Source of the DNA: a virus
DNA length: 64,000 bases
IMG/VR virus record: IMGVR_UViG_3300021405_000010
Coordinates: 1 to 64,000 of that record
Direction: 5' to 3' (one strand)
Shown piece after piece: positions 55,176 through 64,000 of the stretch (the stretch's first letter is position 1; each line of letters opens with the position of its first letter). The notes beneath the pieces are model-generated. The model was not told the DNA's origin. It did no database searches and worked only from the letters and a program-made list of their open reading frames with translations. The translations under genes were made by a program, and so were the position numbers.

Positions 55176-58100
55176 GCCGCTTCCTCTAATCCGGGCGCGG
55201 CGGGAGCTTCCAGGTGCTCGCGGGAGAGGCCGTGCTTACCCAGAAACTCGTCGGCATACCGCTTGAGGTATTTATCGATCTTCTCCTCGCTCTCGCCGCC
55301 GGTCCTCTTCTTGGCCAGGGTGGTGCGGAGGGCGTCGAGCTTGTCGTCGCGCGCTTTCTCGTCCTGGTAGTGCTGCTGGAGTTCTTTAGAGGTCATCGCC
55401 TTACCCTCGGTCGGGAAGGCTTTATCCCAGGTCTCGTCAAAGCTCCCTTTTTCGGCTCCCTGGCCGCCGGTCCAGCCCTGCTTTTCCCAGTGATGCTTTT
55501 CCGCGTACCAGAGGATAGCCTGGAGATCGTCGGGGTTAATCCCGATCTTGTCCGCCGCGTGTTTCATCGCGTCCTGGCTGAAGGCGAAGTCGAGGCTATT
55601 AACTCCCGGCTCGGCTGCTGACTGCGGTCGCCAGCCTTTCTTTTCGCCAGCGTGCTCGTGACCCAGCCGGTGCAAGTGCCGGGCCGCCCAGACGTCGATC
55701 GTGGCTGCGAGCGTCCTACCGGTCAGGTTCCCGGCGAAATTGGGAGTCTTGGGTGCGCCCACCTCGTCGAGCCACTTCCCGGCCAGGACTTTTAAGACCT
55801 GTTCCGAATTGGAGTTGTACTTGGCCCCGTTCTGCTTCTTGGGAATGATGTCATGGTGGTCGATCCAGCGCGCCATCGCTGCCGCGTCAGTCTTTGGTGC
55901 CTCCTCGCCTTCTTTTAAGATCCCCTGCTCGCGCATCTTCTGGTTGAGGGCCTCGTAACCCCCATCCTGCATCGCGGAATAGGCTTCCTTGTACTTCTCG
56001 ACGTGCCGGTCGAACTTCCCGGCCTTGTGCTGCTCAAAAGCGTCCAGGGCCTGGATAAAGTTATCCCTGACCGGCGTCTTGGCCGAGGTGGCTCCCAGGA
56101 GCTGGGCGAATAACTCGTGATCCTCGCTGGCCTTACCCTCTTCACCGGCCCCGAAGACCTTGGCCATCTTGTCCCGCATCCGGCTGTACCAGCCCTTCCC
56201 GGCGGCGATATCGGGCTGATCCTTGATTGCCTGATAGCTCTCGTGGATCTTGTCGCCCATCGTCTTAACCGCGCTGGCTTTTCGCATCGCGGAGAGCCTC
56301 CGGCGCTCGGTCTGGTTCAGGTGCTTGTGCTCGTCCTCGCCTAGTGTGTCCTCGTGCTTGTCCGCTCCTTCCAGCTGGCCAAGAGCCTTCTTTTTCTTCT
56401 GCAGGAAGGGGAGGTTCGCGACGTCGTAATCGGTCTTTTCCCAGACCGGGTTCAGGCCCGGATCGTGCTGCACGCCGCCAGCCTCGTTGCGCTGGACTTT
56501 AAGCGGGATCGCGGATGGATGAGCGTTCTGGCGTCCGATCGAGGCGGCCACCCGCTTCTCCAGATACGACTGCCGCTCGGCCTCGTTCTTGGGATCCTTC
56601 ATCCACGCCTTGTCAGCGGCCCCGGCGGGTTTAGTCAGCTTCTCTTCAGCTTCCGGCTCGGGTGCCGGAGCTGGTTTGGCCGCTTTGGGTTTCTTGACCA
56701 CGGTTGGTAACGGCTCATCGGGACCCGGAGGTGCAGCCGGTGGTTCTTCAGGAGCCACCTCTGGCTTTACCACAGGCTCTGGGGGCGCTTTTGGCACCGG
56801 TTTTGGCTTAGGAGCCTTGGGAACCGGCGTGGGCGCGGCTACGGGCGTTTCTGGCGTATCGGGCTCACTTTCGGGCTCTGCGGCAGGCTGTGGTGCTGGT
56901 GTGGCCGCCGCTGGCTTGGACGGCTTGGAGGGCAGCGGCACCTCGGCGGCTTTTTTGCGGTAGTCGTCCACGTTCAGCTTCCCACCCACCCACTGCTTGC
57001 GCAGGTTGTCACGCATCTGCGTATGCTCTTCGGGCGTGAGGGATTCTGGATCATCCTCGTAAGGTGTAATCAGGCCGCCCGAGCCGCCAATAAAGCGGTA
57101 ATCACCTGGATCTTCACCCAGGTCTTTTAACCGGCCCCGGGCTTCCAGCTCGGTAATCCGGTGCTCGGAGAAGTCGCGCTCAATCTCGTTAATCGTTTTA
57201 TTGTCCAAGAAGGTGTGGTGGAGGCTGGCGGCGATCGGGATATCGGGTCGCCCCCGCTCGCTCGTCCTGGCAATCGACTTGGTCAGCTCCTGGAACTCTT
57301 TCCCGGGCCGGATCGTCTCGGGCATGTGCTCTTCGCCAGGGTGGATCTCGTGGATCAGGCCGGTCTTAAAACTCCTGATACTGGGCTCAAGGACCCGCTC
57401 GCGCCAGCCGGGCTCGTGCTCCTCGATATCGTGCCGCATCCGGTTGGTCTCGCCCTTCTCAGTGATCAGGCTTCCGTTGATCCTGGCCAGCTCCCGGATC
57501 GCCTTGGCGTCCCCGTGTTTGGCGAAAGCGGCGGTGTTGTTAATCACCGTCCCGATGAAGTCCGCTTCCTTCCTGCTGAGCTTGTAGGGCACATGCTCCC
57601 GGTCGGGCTCATTGGGATGCTCTGCGGTGCCGGTCACGTAACCCCGGCCCGTCGCGGTATGACCGGCCAGCAAGTTGTGGTAATAGCCTTCCAGGTCGTT
57701 GTAGAACTTGGCTCCCAGCTTCTGGTAAGGGGTTTTACGCCCCATGGCGGCCAGCTTGTCGTTGGTGTGCTGGAAGTTGTTAGCCAGGATATTAGTCGAG
57801 ATCCCCTGGATGTAGCTGTCGTGCGATTCCCCTTTTTTGCCGGGGAGCTTAATCCCCACGCTCAGCGGAATCATGCTGTGGCCCACCAGCTGCCCTTCGG
57901 TTGTCCCCATCAGGCGCGCTTCGGGGCTGTGCTCGTCGTACTGGATCTTACGCGTATCGCGGGTGGGGAACTTGGCCGCTTCCTTGGGCGCGGAGATGTA
58001 GCTGATGTGCATCGGGCTCTTATCCGCGATCGCCGTCTCGGCTTGGCCCAGGAGCTGGCGCTGTCGTCCCTGCCTGCCATGGGGCAGTCCTTGCAGGAGG

Positions 58101-60241
58101 TCGTTGTGAAGCACGTCCCCTTCGACAAAATGCTCGCCCTTGATGTAGCCATCGGCCTGTTTTTTGACCCTGGGGTCATCCGGCGAGAGCCCTGCGGCGT
58201 GCGCTTTTAAAGCCTGCGGCAACGTCATGCCTGCGAAGGCATCGGGCCCCTGCGGGTTCGGGTCGCCATGGGTGCTGCCTGCCGGGCGGCCCGTGAATTC
58301 GGTTGGCTCGGGCTGTGCCTTGGGCCTGGGAGGCGGCTGATCCTTGGGCGGTGGCGCTGGCTTGGGTGGTGCCTGGGCGGCTTGAGGCTGCCGGGTCGGT
58401 GCCTGCTGGGAAGGCGTAACCGTAACCGGAACCTTCGCGCTGGGCGCGGGAGGAGGTGGCGCTTGCTGAGCGGGTGGCCCTGCAAGCTGCGGCTGGGGGC
58501 GTCCTGGTGCCGCCGGAGGGGCTTTAGCGCCCGGGGTGATCTTGGGATATTTCCCGGGCATCAGTTGCTTCGCGGAGACGGGCGTAAAGGGAACCTTGGC
58601 CAGCTGGATGGTTTGACCGCTTGGCGCTGGCGGTGCCGTCGTTTGGAGCGGCCCAAGGCCCTTGCCGGGCGCTACATTCTGACTGCTTTGAGCGAAATTG
58701 ACGGCTTCTTGACGGGTAAAGCCCCGCTTCATCATCGCCGCGACCAGGGGATTTTCCGGCTCTGGGGCCGCGCCCTCTTGCGGCTGCCGCTGGCCGCCGC
58801 CGCGCAATACAGAGGCGAGCGCACCTCCGACTAAACCACTAAGATCTGCTCCTCCGCCTGATGGCGCTGGAGGGCCTTCGTTTGAGATGTGACCTCCGCC
58901 GCCGCCGGAGATTGGCGGGGGTGGTGTTGGCGGAGGAGCTGCGGAGCCGCCGCTTCCCGTGGGTATTGAGAATAGCGGCTGGCCTGCCAGTGCTCCTCCC
59001 GGGGATGGGGATACTGGTGTTGTCGGGCCGCCGCCTTTCGGTGCTCCGCCTGACTGGCCACCGCCGCCGCTAGAAACAAGGTCCTTGCCGCTGCCTCCGG
59101 CGGCAACCTTTTGGGCACCGGCAATATATTGCCCTGCCTCATTAGGACGCCTGATTGAGCCGAAGGTTTCCCCCATGTTGGCTACGCTGCCTTTGTTAGC
59201 TAAAAAATGTTCAACGGACCTGACGAAGGCATCCGCCGAGGCTTGTGGATTAAATTGATCGCTGCCGTTGGTATAGGCCGTTTGACCTTGCCCAAATTGG
59301 AAAAGACCCGCTGAACCTCCAGGATCGGCGGCGTTATAGGATCTGGTATTAAGATCAGATTCCTGTTTGGCAACGGCTAGGCCAAAGGCAGCCCATTCGG
59401 CGGCGGATCCGGTTTTTATCCCCCACCTTGCGCCATCGGGAGGCACATAGTTAACAAGGGGCGAATGAGAAAACTTGCCCAGAAGATAGCTGTACAAGGC
59501 TACGGGATCGACGGCATTGTTCTTTCCGGCCTGAAGCGTATTTACTGGCGCTGGCGGCTTCTGTGGTTGCGCGGGTTGCGGGGAGGGTTGAAGCGCGGCT
59601 GACTTGGGCGCTGGCGTCTTTCCAGTCACCGTTGTCGGCTGCTGGCCATTAACGATGGCTTGAGCTTCGCCCGGGCTTTTGCCTTGGGTGATCAGAGCGT
59701 TGACCTGAGTCTGTGGATCCGGTTGATCCTCGGCGATCGTCGGGTAAGTGGTGGGCTGCGGCTGGGGTGGTGCCTGTGGCTGCTGGAACTGAGATGGTAG
59801 TTGCGATTGCGGCGGCTGCTCTTTGATTACCGGATCTGGAGGCTGCCACTGAGATTGGGTTGCAGGCTGCTCTTTGATCAATGGATCTGGCGGCGTCCAT
59901 CCCTTTGCAGTGTCGGCCTTGGCGGCGGGTTCTTTAATTAAAGGGTCTGGCGGTTTCCATCCTTGTCCGTTCTGCGAGGGAGCCGGATCAACGATCTGTC
60001 CTGATCCTACCCGTTGTTGGGGGTTTTCTTGGAGGGCGGCAGTCTGGGCAGGAGTTAGCTGGGGTCCAGCCGTGGAGGCTTCGGGAGCGGCGGCTGCCGG
60101 AGCGATGAATCCCTGCTTGGGATCCAGTCCTACGTCTTGAGCGTTTTCCGGTGTTAAGACGTTCGGGAGACCAGCGTATTGACCAGCCTGCTGCAAAGCT
60201 GCACCAATCTGTTCCTTCGTAGGAGGGGCAGCGGCGGCCAT
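55172..60241 (-). CDS. Giant internal-virion/ejection-type protein with a lysozyme-like domain and a C-terminal DUF7178/HhH-like domain
   Basis: AVAKQES.LN...SAGLFQF; GWY...GATS..T.V..N...K.PNF..NL.G...TIDVWAAR...QAILW; Pro-rich linkers. Confidence 0.72.
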   Translation of the reverse strand: MAAAAPPTKEQIGAALQQAGQYAGLPNVLTPENAQDVGLDPKQGFIAPAAAAPEASTAGPQLTPAQTAALQENPQQRVGSGQIVDPAPSQNGQGWKPPDPLIKEPAAKADTAKGWTPPDPLIKEQPATQSQWQPPDPVIKEQPPQSQLPSQFQQPQAPPQPQPTTYPTIAEDQPDPQTQVNALITQGKSPGEAQAIVNGQQPTTVTGKTPAPKSAALQPSPQPAQPQKPPAPVNTLQAGKNNAVDPVALYSYLLGKFSHSPLVNYVPPDGARWGIKTGSAAEWAAFGLAVAKQESDLNTRSYNAADPGGSAGLFQFGQGQTAYTNGSDQFNPQASADAFVRSVEHFLANKGSVANMGETFGSIRRPNEAGQYIAGAQKVAAGGSGKDLVSSGGGGQSGGAPKGGGPTTPVSPSPGGALAGQPLFSIPTGSGGSAAPPPTPPPPISGGGGGHISNEGPPAPSGGGADLSGLVGGALASVLRGGGQRQPQEGAAPEPENPLVAAMMKRGFTRQEAVNFAQSSQNVAPGKGLGPLQTTAPPAPSGQTIQLAKVPFTPVSAKQLMPGKYPKITPGAKAPPAAPGRPQPQLAGPPAQQAPPPPAPSAKVPVTVTPSQQAPTRQPQAAQAPPKPAPPPKDQPPPRPKAQPEPTEFTGRPAGSTHGDPNPQGPDAFAGMTLPQALKAHAAGLSPDDPRVKKQADGYIKGEHFVEGDVLHNDLLQGLPHGRQGRQRQLLGQAETAIADKSPMHISYISAPKEAAKFPTRDTRKIQYDEHSPEARLMGTTEGQLVGHSMIPLSVGIKLPGKKGESHDSYIQGISTNILANNFQHTNDKLAAMGRKTPYQKLGAKFYNDLEGYYHNLLAGHTATGRGYVTGTAEHPNEPDREHVPYKLSRKEADFIGTVINNTAAFAKHGDAKAIRELARINGSLITEKGETNRMRHDIEEHEPGWRERVLEPSIRSFKTGLIHEIHPGEEHMPETIRPGKEFQELTKSIARTSERGRPDIPIAASLHHTFLDNKTINEIERDFSEHRITELEARGRLKDLGEDPGDYRFIGGSGGLITPYEDDPESLTPEEHTQMRDNLRKQWVGGKLNVDDYRKKAAEVPLPSKPSKPAAATPAPQPAAEPESEPDTPETPVAAPTPVPKAPKPKPVPKAPPEPVVKPEVAPEEPPAAPPGPDEPLPTVVKKPKAAKPAPAPEPEAEEKLTKPAGAADKAWMKDPKNEAERQSYLEKRVAASIGRQNAHPSAIPLKVQRNEAGGVQHDPGLNPVWEKTDYDVANLPFLQKKKKALGQLEGADKHEDTLGEDEHKHLNQTERRRLSAMRKASAVKTMGDKIHESYQAIKDQPDIAAGKGWYSRMRDKMAKVFGAGEEGKASEDHELFAQLLGATSAKTPVRDNFIQALDAFEQHKAGKFDRHVEKYKEAYSAMQDGGYEALNQKMREQGILKEGEEAPKTDAAAMARWIDHHDIIPKKQNGAKYNSNSEQVLKVLAGKWLDEVGAPKTPNFAGNLTGRTLAATIDVWAARHLHRLGHEHAGEKKGWRPQSAAEPGVNSLDFAFSQDAMKHAADKIGINPDDLQAILWYAEKHHWEKQGWTGGQGAEKGSFDETWDKAFPTEGKAMTSKELQQHYQDEKARDDKLDALRTTLAKKRTGGESEEKIDKYLKRYADEFLGKHGLSREHLEAPAAPGLEEAA

Positions 60242-60242
60242 T

Positions 60243-60860
60243 TTACAACCCCCAATCCTCCAGCATTCGCTCCACCGCTTCCAAGAGACCTTCTTCGTCC
60301 TTGTTCTGGGCCGCACGCAATTTGGTCATGGCTTGAGACCAGCGTTTCGTGCGTTCGTCCTCTTCAGGCACTTCGATTATAGGCATCTCGATTTCCTTTG
60401 GTTTTGGCGACTTGGGAGTTCTGGCCAGCTTGCGTAAATCCTTGACGTACTTTTTACCTTGATGTGAAGTGAATTTGCCCGTGACTGGACTTAAGTCCTT
60501 CTCCGACAGGATGGGTTTGTCTATTCCTGTGGACGTTTTCTGCAGCTCTTTGTGGATTTCGAGCATTTTAAGTTGCTCGTAAACAGCGTTTACGCTTCGA
60601 CTCAGGCGCTGCTCGCAATACTCTTTGAAGGTCTCGGCGTAAACGAGGTACAGCTTGTCGTCGCGGATCTCTCTAAGCGCCTCGGCGGCCTTGAAGAAGT
60701 TCTGATTGATCTGGCTTTCCAGTTCTTCCAGCCGATTCCTTGGTTGAGACTTGCTTACACCGTAATCGCCAAATAGATTCTTTTTGGATATCAACATGGC
60801 CCCATCGTAGGAAAACCTGCGGTGGGGCTCAATCGTTTTCAGGGTGGTCGTCATTGGCAA
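60243..60860 (-). CDS. Helical DNA-binding protein (DUF3102-like), paralogue of 18939
   Basis: LE.LE..I...FFK.AEALREIRDDKLY....TFKEYCEQR motif. Confidence 0.6.
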   Translation of the reverse strand: MPMTTTLKTIEPHRRFSYDGAMLISKKNLFGDYGVSKSQPRNRLEELESQINQNFFKAAEALREIRDDKLYLVYAETFKEYCEQRLSRSVNAVYEQLKMLEIHKELQKTSTGIDKPILSEKDLSPVTGKFTSHQGKKYVKDLRKLARTPKSPKPKEIEMPIIEVPEEDERTKRWSQAMTKLRAAQNKDEEGLLEAVERMLEDWGL

Positions 60861-61048
60861 AACAGGAGATAAGACAGCAGGATCACGAGAAGAAGAACGA
60901 TGACCGTCACGAGAATTGCGATCTGTTGTTGTTCTTCAGTTCTTCTCTGGGTGTTCTCTCTGGCGAGTTGAGCCGGTGTCATTCGCAGGAGACGGTTGGT
61001 TTCGTCCTGCTTGTCCACGATGGCCCACAAGATGAGGAAGGTGATCAT
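60851..61048 (-). CDS. Small membrane protein
   Basis: Hydrophobic termini; ATG directly follows TATGCTCAACGT. Confidence 0.6.
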   Translation of the reverse strand: MITFLILWAIVDKQDETNRLLRMTPAQLARENTQRRTEEQQQIAILVTVIVLLLVILLSYLLFCQ

Positions 61049-61086
61049 ACGTTGAGCATACGGACGATTTCTCAATTTATAAAGTA

Positions 61087-62835
61087 TTACTTCTGCGGCT
61101 TTTGATGGAGTCCCCCGTTTTGGTCACGGTAGTAAGCGCCGGGCCCTAACGCATCATATCCAGCTTGGTCGGTAATCACTCTTTCCGGTGTCGGAGAGGC
61201 GCTCGCTGGGGCCGGGGTCGGAGTCGGAGTCGGGGTCGGAGTCGGAGTCGCGCCGGAGGTCGCTGGAAGTTGTCTTCGCATTTGCTCCAGCTGCTCATTC
61301 ATTTGCGCTATCCTAGCGTTGGCGTCTGAGACGCTCGTAAAGTTTGAACGCTGCAAGTTGTGATCTTTGTAATCATTGCGCGGATCAGGAAGCTGCTGCC
61401 CGTTATCCAATCTCGACATGTTCGCTGCATGCCGGGGATCAACGCGCTGCCACTGCTCCTGTGCTCCGTTAACCAAGTTTTTGTAGCGAGCGTCAACGGA
61501 TTTCTGCAAGCTGCTCAGAGCCTTTAATCTGGTTCCTGCATCCTGCCCCGAAAAGGCGTCCGAAAGGACATTGGATGACGGTATATTTGCTAACTCTAGA
61601 TTGAGCGCCGATCCGTGGATGTTGGGAGTTTCCTGCCCTCCGCCTTGGCCGGGATCTAAGATTGCTAGTGCCGGATTAGACTTCAGTAATTTCTGTGCAT
61701 GGTCAACTTCTTGGTCCAAGGCTTTGATGGCCGCAGCGGTGTCTCTATCCATTCCGCCTGCCTCACCCAGAATTGCACCTGTACTACTTCCAACTCGCTG
61801 CAGAGCCCCCTGCTCATTCCAAGGCCTATGTGATTCTAACGATACCGCTGCATTCTCTGCTGCGGCCCTCATTCTATCCGTTGTGCTTAAGTTTGAGTAC
61901 CCAGCCTTATCCAATGTTTGGTTGAGGTCCGCAATCCGCTGAAGGCTATTGTGTAACTCCTCCGATGTATCAAGGGTTAGGTTGGTGCCCTGATCTATAG
62001 GACTCCTAGCCATGTTGTTATTGTACCAAGCCTGCTTCGCCCATGGTTTCAACTGCTCATTGGACATGTGAGCAATCTCATCTCGCGATGGTCCCTGGCC
62101 AGTTTGGGTCCAGTAGTCTGAGACATATTGCCGCATCTGGGATTCTGGCAGCTCATAGGTGTCGTACCCGGTCGAACCCAAATACCAGCGTTGCTGTTTA
62201 AAGTAGTCTCCGGCCTTTGGGGGCAGCACCGTGTAAACGCGCCCGTAGCTGGGCGAAGTGACATCATCGTTGCGGTAATAAGTGTACGGGCCTGCAGTGC
62301 CGGGCACTATCTGATCGCCCTTATAAGGGCCGGTAGGCTTCGGCATCGATTTGGCCTGGGTCTGGACCGCATCTTGATCCGCTGGAGCAACCGTGGTGTT
62401 AGAAGGTAGTGGTGCCGGTGGCTGGGCTGGCTGTCCCCCGGGTGCGGTTTGAGCAGTGAGCTGATCTGGGGTTAAGCCGCCTTTGGATGCGACGTTAGTA
62501 TAAGCCGAAAGCGGAACCCCGTTGACATCCGTTATCCCTGGAGCCGCTGGTGGGCCTGCTGGCGCTGGAATGCCTTGTGGAGCGCCTGCGCCCGTGCCGG
62601 AGGGCATCGCGCCCGGCGCTGGCGGTGGGCCGCCCTGGGCGATCTGGGGTGCGGTTTGATCCGGCGGTGCCGCGACAGGCTGCGGGGCTCCTGCCCCAGT
62701 GCCGGATGGCATGCCTCCGCTCAGCTGATCGCTTTTACTTAAAACAGCGGAGGTGTTCTGGGCCGCCACCATAGGGCCAGCTCCCTTCTGGATCATCTGG
62801 GAGATAGGAACGGTGTTAATCCCTCCGCCCTTCAT
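61087..62835 (-). CDS. Putative internal virion/ejection protein
   Basis: Low-complexity P/A/G/Q N-terminus, helical core, terminal Y.AL.PGAYY.D..G..H.K motif. Confidence 0.6.
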   Translation of the reverse strand: MKGGGINTVPISQMIQKGAGPMVAAQNTSAVLSKSDQLSGGMPSGTGAGAPQPVAAPPDQTAPQIAQGGPPPAPGAMPSGTGAGAPQGIPAPAGPPAAPGITDVNGVPLSAYTNVASKGGLTPDQLTAQTAPGGQPAQPPAPLPSNTTVAPADQDAVQTQAKSMPKPTGPYKGDQIVPGTAGPYTYYRNDDVTSPSYGRVYTVLPPKAGDYFKQQRWYLGSTGYDTYELPESQMRQYVSDYWTQTGQGPSRDEIAHMSNEQLKPWAKQAWYNNNMARSPIDQGTNLTLDTSEELHNSLQRIADLNQTLDKAGYSNLSTTDRMRAAAENAAVSLESHRPWNEQGALQRVGSSTGAILGEAGGMDRDTAAAIKALDQEVDHAQKLLKSNPALAILDPGQGGGQETPNIHGSALNLELANIPSSNVLSDAFSGQDAGTRLKALSSLQKSVDARYKNLVNGAQEQWQRVDPRHAANMSRLDNGQQLPDPRNDYKDHNLQRSNFTSVSDANARIAQMNEQLEQMRRQLPATSGATPTPTPTPTPTPAPASASPTPERVITDQAGYDALGPGAYYRDQNGGLHQKPQK

Positions 62836-62853
62836 ATGGAAGGCGTAGGCCGG

Positions 62854-63816
62854 TTACCCGTTGGGGCCGCCATTCGGCAAATAGGTGGCGTCCTGGGCCA
62901 GGGTGGTCTGGGTCTTCATCCAGGCCAGGGCATCCTGGCTGGACATCACCGGATGGGCGTTCTGGGCCTGCCACTGAGCCATGGCCGCCTGATCAGTTTG
63001 TGTGGCAGCGGCTGGAGTCTGAGCTTGTGCTGGCGGCCCTGTTGGCGCTGCCGGTGCCGGTGCTCCTCTCGAAGCGAATACGCTGGGCGCGTCTGTCTTC
63101 AGGGGCTCGACGTTACCCGTGGCGGGGTTAACATACGTCATGCCTGCCGGGGTGCCCTCCTGGGCCGCGTCTGAGCCGCCCAGACCGGCAGCTTGACGCT
63201 CCTGCATCATCCGGCGAAGAAGAAAATCGTTATCGGTGCTGGCCGATTTACCCAGCTCCCCCGTGGAGGGCGGCCCCTTCGGCTGCTGGGGTTGTGAAGA
63301 CCCACCGGCATTTTTTTCCTCTAACCCTCCATAGGCACTACTCGGCGGATTCTGCTGATTCCCGGCGGACGGGTTATTAACCGGGGGAGGCCCTCCCTTA
63401 TTGTCGCCGCCGGGGCCTGCGCCTATCTTGGGGCCAACACTCGCTGCCTCCATGAAGCGTGCCGCCATCGTCGGATCAGCAATAGACGCCGGAGCGCCCA
63501 TGCTTGCGCCCTGCGGTCCTGTTTGGGTCAGCATGTGGCCCATTGGGCCCAGCGACTTCATGTAGGCGATCTGATCCTGGGCTTGCTTGTATTGGGCCTG
63601 TTGGTAGTCCTGCTGCGCGGCAAACGCCGGATTGAGGCGCGAATTCTGGAGCATGCTCCCAACTTGACTAGCCGCACTCAGCGCCGTCTGACCCACTTGG
63701 GCCCAGAGTGCCCCCGCCCCTGTCGGCACATTGATTGGTTGCGGATGGTATTCGGTGGGCTGGTAACCCGTGGCCTGAATACTGGCTGGCTGGAACTGGG
63801 TAGCGGGATCGGCCAT
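62854..63816 (-). CDS. Putative internal virion protein
   Basis: Q/A/G/P-rich ORF in the ejection-protein cluster. Confidence 0.55.
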   Translation of the reverse strand: MADPATQFQPASIQATGYQPTEYHPQPINVPTGAGALWAQVGQTALSAASQVGSMLQNSRLNPAFAAQQDYQQAQYKQAQDQIAYMKSLGPMGHMLTQTGPQGASMGAPASIADPTMAARFMEAASVGPKIGAGPGGDNKGGPPPVNNPSAGNQQNPPSSAYGGLEEKNAGGSSQPQQPKGPPSTGELGKSASTDNDFLLRRMMQERQAAGLGGSDAAQEGTPAGMTYVNPATGNVEPLKTDAPSVFASRGAPAPAAPTGPPAQAQTPAAATQTDQAAMAQWQAQNAHPVMSSQDALAWMKTQTTLAQDATYLPNGGPNG

Positions 63817-64000
63817 AAATTAGCTTTGGTAAGGGTTGTAGCCGTACTGCGCCGTGAGCATTGGGTTCTGCTTCTTCTTCTGCTGGTCCACGTCGTCCTG
63901 GGTAAATTGGGCAGCGGGTGCGGACGGGGCGCTGGGGGCGTGAAATTCCTGCGGCTCCGTCTTCCAGCTTCCGATCGATTTGGCATAGGTATTCATGGCG

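Overview
This window is part of a high-GC tailed dsDNA phage genome. It has no host housekeeping genes and no tRNA, rRNA or CRISPR array, and I saw no integrase or reverse transcriptase. Modules from left to right: a glycosyltransferase/FkbM cluster, HNH nuclease, putative scaffold, portal and terminase large subunit (402-12304, minus strand). Next come a replication/recombination block with VRR-NUC nuclease, SF2 helicase and Bet/RecT (15-22 kb), and many small early genes plus an acyltransferase (22-31.9 kb, minus). A plus-strand block carries a TerS-like HTH protein and an Acb2/Tad1-like anti-defence protein (31.9-37.7 kb). A large tail/fibre cluster follows with beta-helix, collagen and collar domains (38.8-50.7 kb), then small plus-strand genes (50.7-53.9 kb) and long low-complexity internal-virion-type proteins (54.6-63.8 kb). 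A Verrucomicrobia-like (Chthoniobacterales-type) host is inferred from a PEP-CTERM-like protein, VRRALP/PT-linker motifs and starts without Shine-Dalgarno sequences. The most notable signals are four. (i) A ~60-85 bp composite palindromic cassette is dispersed in 4 copies, and two of its sub-boxes recur ~12 times each, often inside sigma70-like promoters that abut start codons. (ii) Several envelope-targeted genes occur: a mini PEP-CTERM-like protein, an acyltransferase, a membrane-anchored copy of a tail-fibre module and a secreted paralogue of the tail-cluster beta-helix; most sit behind the same box. (iii) An HTH-glycosyltransferase fusion lies in a glycosylation cluster next to the head genes. 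(iv) A candidate structured ncRNA lies at 51.7-51.95 kb. All family assignments come from motif recognition by eye; no database searches were run.
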